Of a stretch of 8,332 nucleotides of DNA, positions 6,291 through 8,332 are shown one piece after another. Position 1 is the stretch's first letter. Each line of letters starts with the position of its first letter. This stretch comes from an uncultured Polyangiaceae bacterium (GTDB lineage: Bacteria; Myxococcota_A; Polyangia; Polyangiales; Polyangiaceae). Position numbers and translations under genes: made by a program. The notes under the pieces were generated by a model. That model ran no database searches and was not told the DNA's origin. It worked only from the letters and a program-made list of their open reading frames with translations. The stretch lies in contig CAYRKE010000039.1 of the NCBI GenBank assembly GCA_964424695.1, positions 6,663-14,994 of the forward strand, written 5' to 3'.

Positions 6291-6940
6291 GATTCGACCC
6301 CCGTCCTCTCAAGGATGTAGTCGGACAAAAGTGCGTTGCGACTCACACGCTTGGTGAGGTGCTCGAGAGCTCGCTTGACCCGTCGCTTAGCAGTCGAATG
6401 TGACACATCGAGAGCCACCGCGACATCCTCGAGCTGCATCCCCTCGAGGCTGTGCAGCACGAACGCCATACGCTCACCAATGTCGAGTTCATCTAGAATC
6501 CTGTCGAGCTGAAGGAGCGCCGCCTTCGCCCGTGGGTCATCGGACCCTGGACGCCGATCCAGTTCGTCGCTCGCCCCCGCAAGCCCGCCGAGCCATGCCC
6601 GCTGCTTCCGCCTCCGAAGCTCCCGCCTCGCCGCATTCATCGCGACGGACACGACGTAGCTCCGTAGAGACGTTGCAGAGCGAATGTTCCGCCCATTCTC
6701 AAACAGGCTCAAGAAGACGTCTCCCACGATGTCTTCGACGTCAGCGTTGTGCCCAAGGGTTTTGACGAGCAGCCGAGACACTAGCACGTTGAAGAGCTCA
6801 AACGTTTCGCGCTGCCAGTCGGCACTGTTCGCCTGGATCTTCTGGTAGAGCCGCTCTTCGGGCGAAAGCGAATCCGGCGGTGGGGCGCTCTCCTGCGCTG
6901 ACACCAGCCGAAGCTCTACTCGCTGCGATGGTCGCTGCAT
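6287..6940 (-). CDS. ECF-type (sigma-70 family, group IV) RNA polymerase sigma factor, 217 aa
   Basis: Region 2 (DVEDIVGDVFLSLFE ... LRSYVVSVAMNAARRELRRR) and the region 4 HTH (ERMAFVLHSLEGMQLEDVAVALDVSHSTAKRRVKRALEHL) are both present. I chose the internal ATG at 6940, which is preceded by GGAGA with a 5-nt spacer, over the track's start at 7183. The added 81 aa of the longer version are Arg/Gly/Trp-rich with no sigma content. Confidence 0.9.
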   Translation of the reverse strand: MQRPSQRVELRLVSAQESAPPPDSLSPEERLYQKIQANSADWQRETFELFNVLVSRLLVKTLGHNADVEDIVGDVFLSLFENGRNIRSATSLRSYVVSVAMNAARRELRRRKQRAWLGGLAGASDELDRRPGSDDPRAKAALLQLDRILDELDIGERMAFVLHSLEGMQLEDVAVALDVSHSTAKRRVKRALEHLTKRVSRNALLSDYILERTGVES

Positions 6941-6944
6941 TGGA

Positions 6945-6949
6945 TCTCC
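6945..6949 (-). promoter_or_regulatory. Shine-Dalgarno-like GGAGA for the ECF sigma gene
   Basis: The minus strand reads cGGAGAtccaATG. GGAGA corresponds to plus-strand tctcc at 6945..6949. Confidence 0.45.
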
Positions 6950-7613
6950 GCGCCGAAGTACGTGCTGAAGCTGAGTGTGACGCAGAGTGTCGGGGTCAAC
7001 TATGTTGGAAGTTAGAGACGTCTGCAAATCGCGGAATACCGCTTCCGGTGAAGTCCTTGAGCCTGCCCACCCGGATCGGCCCTCGCCCCACAGTGACGTC
7101 CGCACGCGATGCCGCCGTCGACCGGATGCCAGCAGATCCCCAATCCCGTCCCATGAACCGACTGCCCGAGCCCAAACAGCCACCCGACCGCACCCTGCGG
7201 ATACGGTCAGACTCGCCTCAGTGCCCCGCGGGAGAAGGGCGGGTCATGCCCAGTACCGCGAACCTGGTCATCGACCCAACACCCGGCCGGCAATGCCCGA
7301 ATGAACGGCCGCGGAGTGGCGGCGAACCGGAGTGCAGGGTCGTGCCGACCGTCGTGGAGCGCCTTCGCGGCACAGTGGAAGGAGCCCGCCGATGCGCGAC
7401 TCGACAGCGCAGGTAGGCGCAGTGGCCGCACATCGTATCGCGGCCGTCGAGTGCGTCCTCTTGCCGATGCAACCGAGGGCCGTCACGCTGCAAGCGATGA
7501 TCAGGCCAGCAGCAATCCGCGGGCTGATTCGGGCAGGGGACGACTGCTCCTGCAAGCGCTCTCTTCGCCTTCCGGCGCCACAGCCACCGGCGCCGTCGCG
7601 ATTCCCTCGACCA

Positions 7614-8332
7614 GTGGCGTCACTGCCCCTCTTGCGTGGTGTTCGCTGGGGCATTCTGCTGGGCGGGCTTGGCGGGAGCGTGGGTTGCGGCGTGACACGC
7701 CTTGACGTCATCGCGGAGAATAGTGGTGACCTCATCAGCAACGGCGGGGGCGACGGCGGGGGCGACAGCGACGGCGGGAGCGACAGCAACAGCCACGCGA
7801 CCAGCGGGGGCACGGGCGGGACGGGCGGCGGGGACTTCGCTGAGACAGGCGGGACTTCGGGGCAGGTGGTCTCCTTCCCAGTCAATCAGACTTGGCCAGA
7901 ATGCCTCCAGGGAACCACCCCTGACTACGGGGACTACCACCTACGGCTCCGCTCGACCCAAGCCTGTCTGGCCGCCGGCGCAGAGACGGTTCTGGCAGAG
8001 TATAGGCAAAACCCCATCAATGGCTACTTCGTCGACACGGTGTTCCCGTGCGTCACCAGCAACTCGCAGAACTGGACGATTTCGTCCTACATGGGCGTTC
8101 AATACAACTCCATGTTGATCAACGCCGCCACCGATAATGCGCTGGACGTCAAGTTTCAGGGAGTAACGGCTGGAACAGAGATCGTCCTGTACGACGTGAC
8201 TTTCGGGGCCAACCAGCAGTACACCTTCAACGCTCGCACAGATGGAACATACGGAATCGAGAACAAGAATGCTGAGGGTTTCTGTGTGACCGCGTCCAAT
8301 GGAGGCGTCGAAATACAACCGTGTGACCCCGC
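7614..8332 (+). CDS. Putative lipoprotein with Gly/Asp/Ser-rich linker and ricin-type (QxW) beta-trefoil lectin domain; start uncertain, 3' end beyond window
   Basis: Absent from the ORF track because it has no stop in the window. Frame 3 (+) is open from at least 7443 to the right edge. Translation from GTG 7614 reads MASLPLLRGVRWGILLGGLGGSVGC/GVTRLDVIAENSGDLISNGGGDGGGDSDGGSDSNSHATSGGTGGTGGGDFAETGGTSGQVVSFPVNQTWPECLQGTTPDYGDYHLRLRSTQACLAAGAETVLAEYRQNPINGYFVDTVFPCVTSNSQNWTISSYMGVQYNSMLINAATDNALDVKFQGVTAGTEIVLYDVTFGANQQYTFNARTDGTYGIENKNAEGFCVTASNGGVEIQPCDP. It has a signal peptide with a lipobox-like SVGC (Cys codon 7686..7688). It has QxW-like motifs (NQTW, SQNW, NQQY) and spaced Cys residues, as in ricin B/CBM13 folds. 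Alternative starts are TTG 7632 and ATG 7467 or 7497. The segment 7467..7613 shows flat codon-phase GC (about 69/65/67%), which favours a start at or after 7614. Confidence 0.8.
   Translation, partial: MASLPLLRGVRWGILLGGLGGSVGCGVTRLDVIAENSGDLISNGGGDGGGDSDGGSDSNSHATSGGTGGTGGGDFAETGGTSGQVVSFPVNQTWPECLQGTTPDYGDYHLRLRSTQACLAAGAETVLAEYRQNPINGYFVDTVFPCVTSNSQNWTISSYMGVQYNSMLINAATDNALDVKFQGVTAGTEIVLYDVTFGANQQYTFNARTDGTYGIENKNAEGFCVTASNGGVEIQPCDP
7743..7832 (+). repeat. Low-complexity GGC/GGG/GAC/AGC tandem tract encoding the Gly/Asp/Ser linker
   Basis: There is a perfect 12-nt tandem duplication of GGCGGGGGCGAC (7743..7754 and 7755..7766). Degenerate copies follow (AGCGACGGCGGG, AGCGACAGCAAC), then ACGGGCGGG/ACGGGCGGC (7812..7829). 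Confidence 0.6.

Noticed and set aside
7017-7046. ECF-type promoter candidate on the minus strand (GGAAG ... CGTC) upstream of the sigma gene, overlapping the palindrome AGACGTCT (7016..7023)
   Set aside because: The spacer is 21 nt, against about 16-17 nt in typical ECF promoters. The -35 is also imperfect. It is not distinguishable from chance.
6941-7183. N-terminal extension of the ECF sigma ORF (the track's 298-aa version)
   Set aside because: The 81 added residues (MAVWARAVGSWDGIGDLLASGRRRHRVRTSLWGEGRSGWAG...) look like non-coding translation. ATG 6940 is preceded by GGAGA and yields a normal-size 217-aa ECF sigma.
7268-7940. Minus-strand ORFs 7268..7885 (Pro-rich, 205 aa) and 7620..7940 (VAVAPAVAVAP..., 106 aa)
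   Set aside because: These are antisense or off-frame readings of the GGC/GAC-rich linker and the upstream GC-rich DNA. They are low-complexity Pro/Ala runs. The + frame 3 gives a coherent leader-linker-lectin protein.
7702-8318. ORFs 7702..8118 (+, frame 1) and 7941..8318 (-)
   Set aside because: These are alternative frames across the lectin gene. The products are Arg/Thr/Ser-rich or irregular. Only + frame 3 shows QxW repeats and stays open to the window edge.
1-8332. Search for mobile-element hallmarks (transposase or integrase motifs, terminal inverted repeats), CRISPR-like spaced repeats, and tRNA or rRNA
   Set aside because: I found none by eye. The only duplicated sequence is the diverged STAS coding region, which has no flanking repeat structure.

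Overview
This is a GC-rich bacterial chromosomal segment. Hand-sampled 60-nt lines range from about 50 to 75% GC, mostly 60-70%. It is packed with envelope signal-transduction genes. I saw no rRNA, tRNA, CRISPR, transposase or integrase signatures. Seven coding regions are supported. Two of them are edge-truncated and absent from the supplied ORF track. (i) The 3' end of a STAS-domain gene (1..182, +). (ii) A convergent 666-aa membrane receptor phosphatase with TM, NIT-like sensor, TM, HAMP and PP2C/SpoIIE domains (335..2335, -). (iii) After a 972-bp gap with no convincing gene, a second, complete STAS paralog (3308..3691, +). (iv-vi) A tightly coupled minus-strand operon joined by ATGA and TTGA start/stop overlaps: ECF sigma (6287..6940), then a FecR-family anti-sigma with a TPR-like C-terminus (5082..6290), then a 410-aa signal-peptide protein with a beta-strand-rich C-terminal half (3853..5085). 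(vii) Divergently, after a 673-bp gap, a putative lipoprotein with a Gly/Asp/Ser linker and a ricin-type (QxW) beta-trefoil lectin domain that runs off the right edge (about 7614..8332, +). The most interesting point is an apparently kinase-less partner-switching set (two STAS proteins plus a receptor PP2C). It sits next to a cell-surface-signalling-like ECF/FecR operon whose third gene is not a TonB-dependent transducer and whose divergent neighbour is a surface lectin. All functional calls come from motif recognition by eye. None was verified by a database search.
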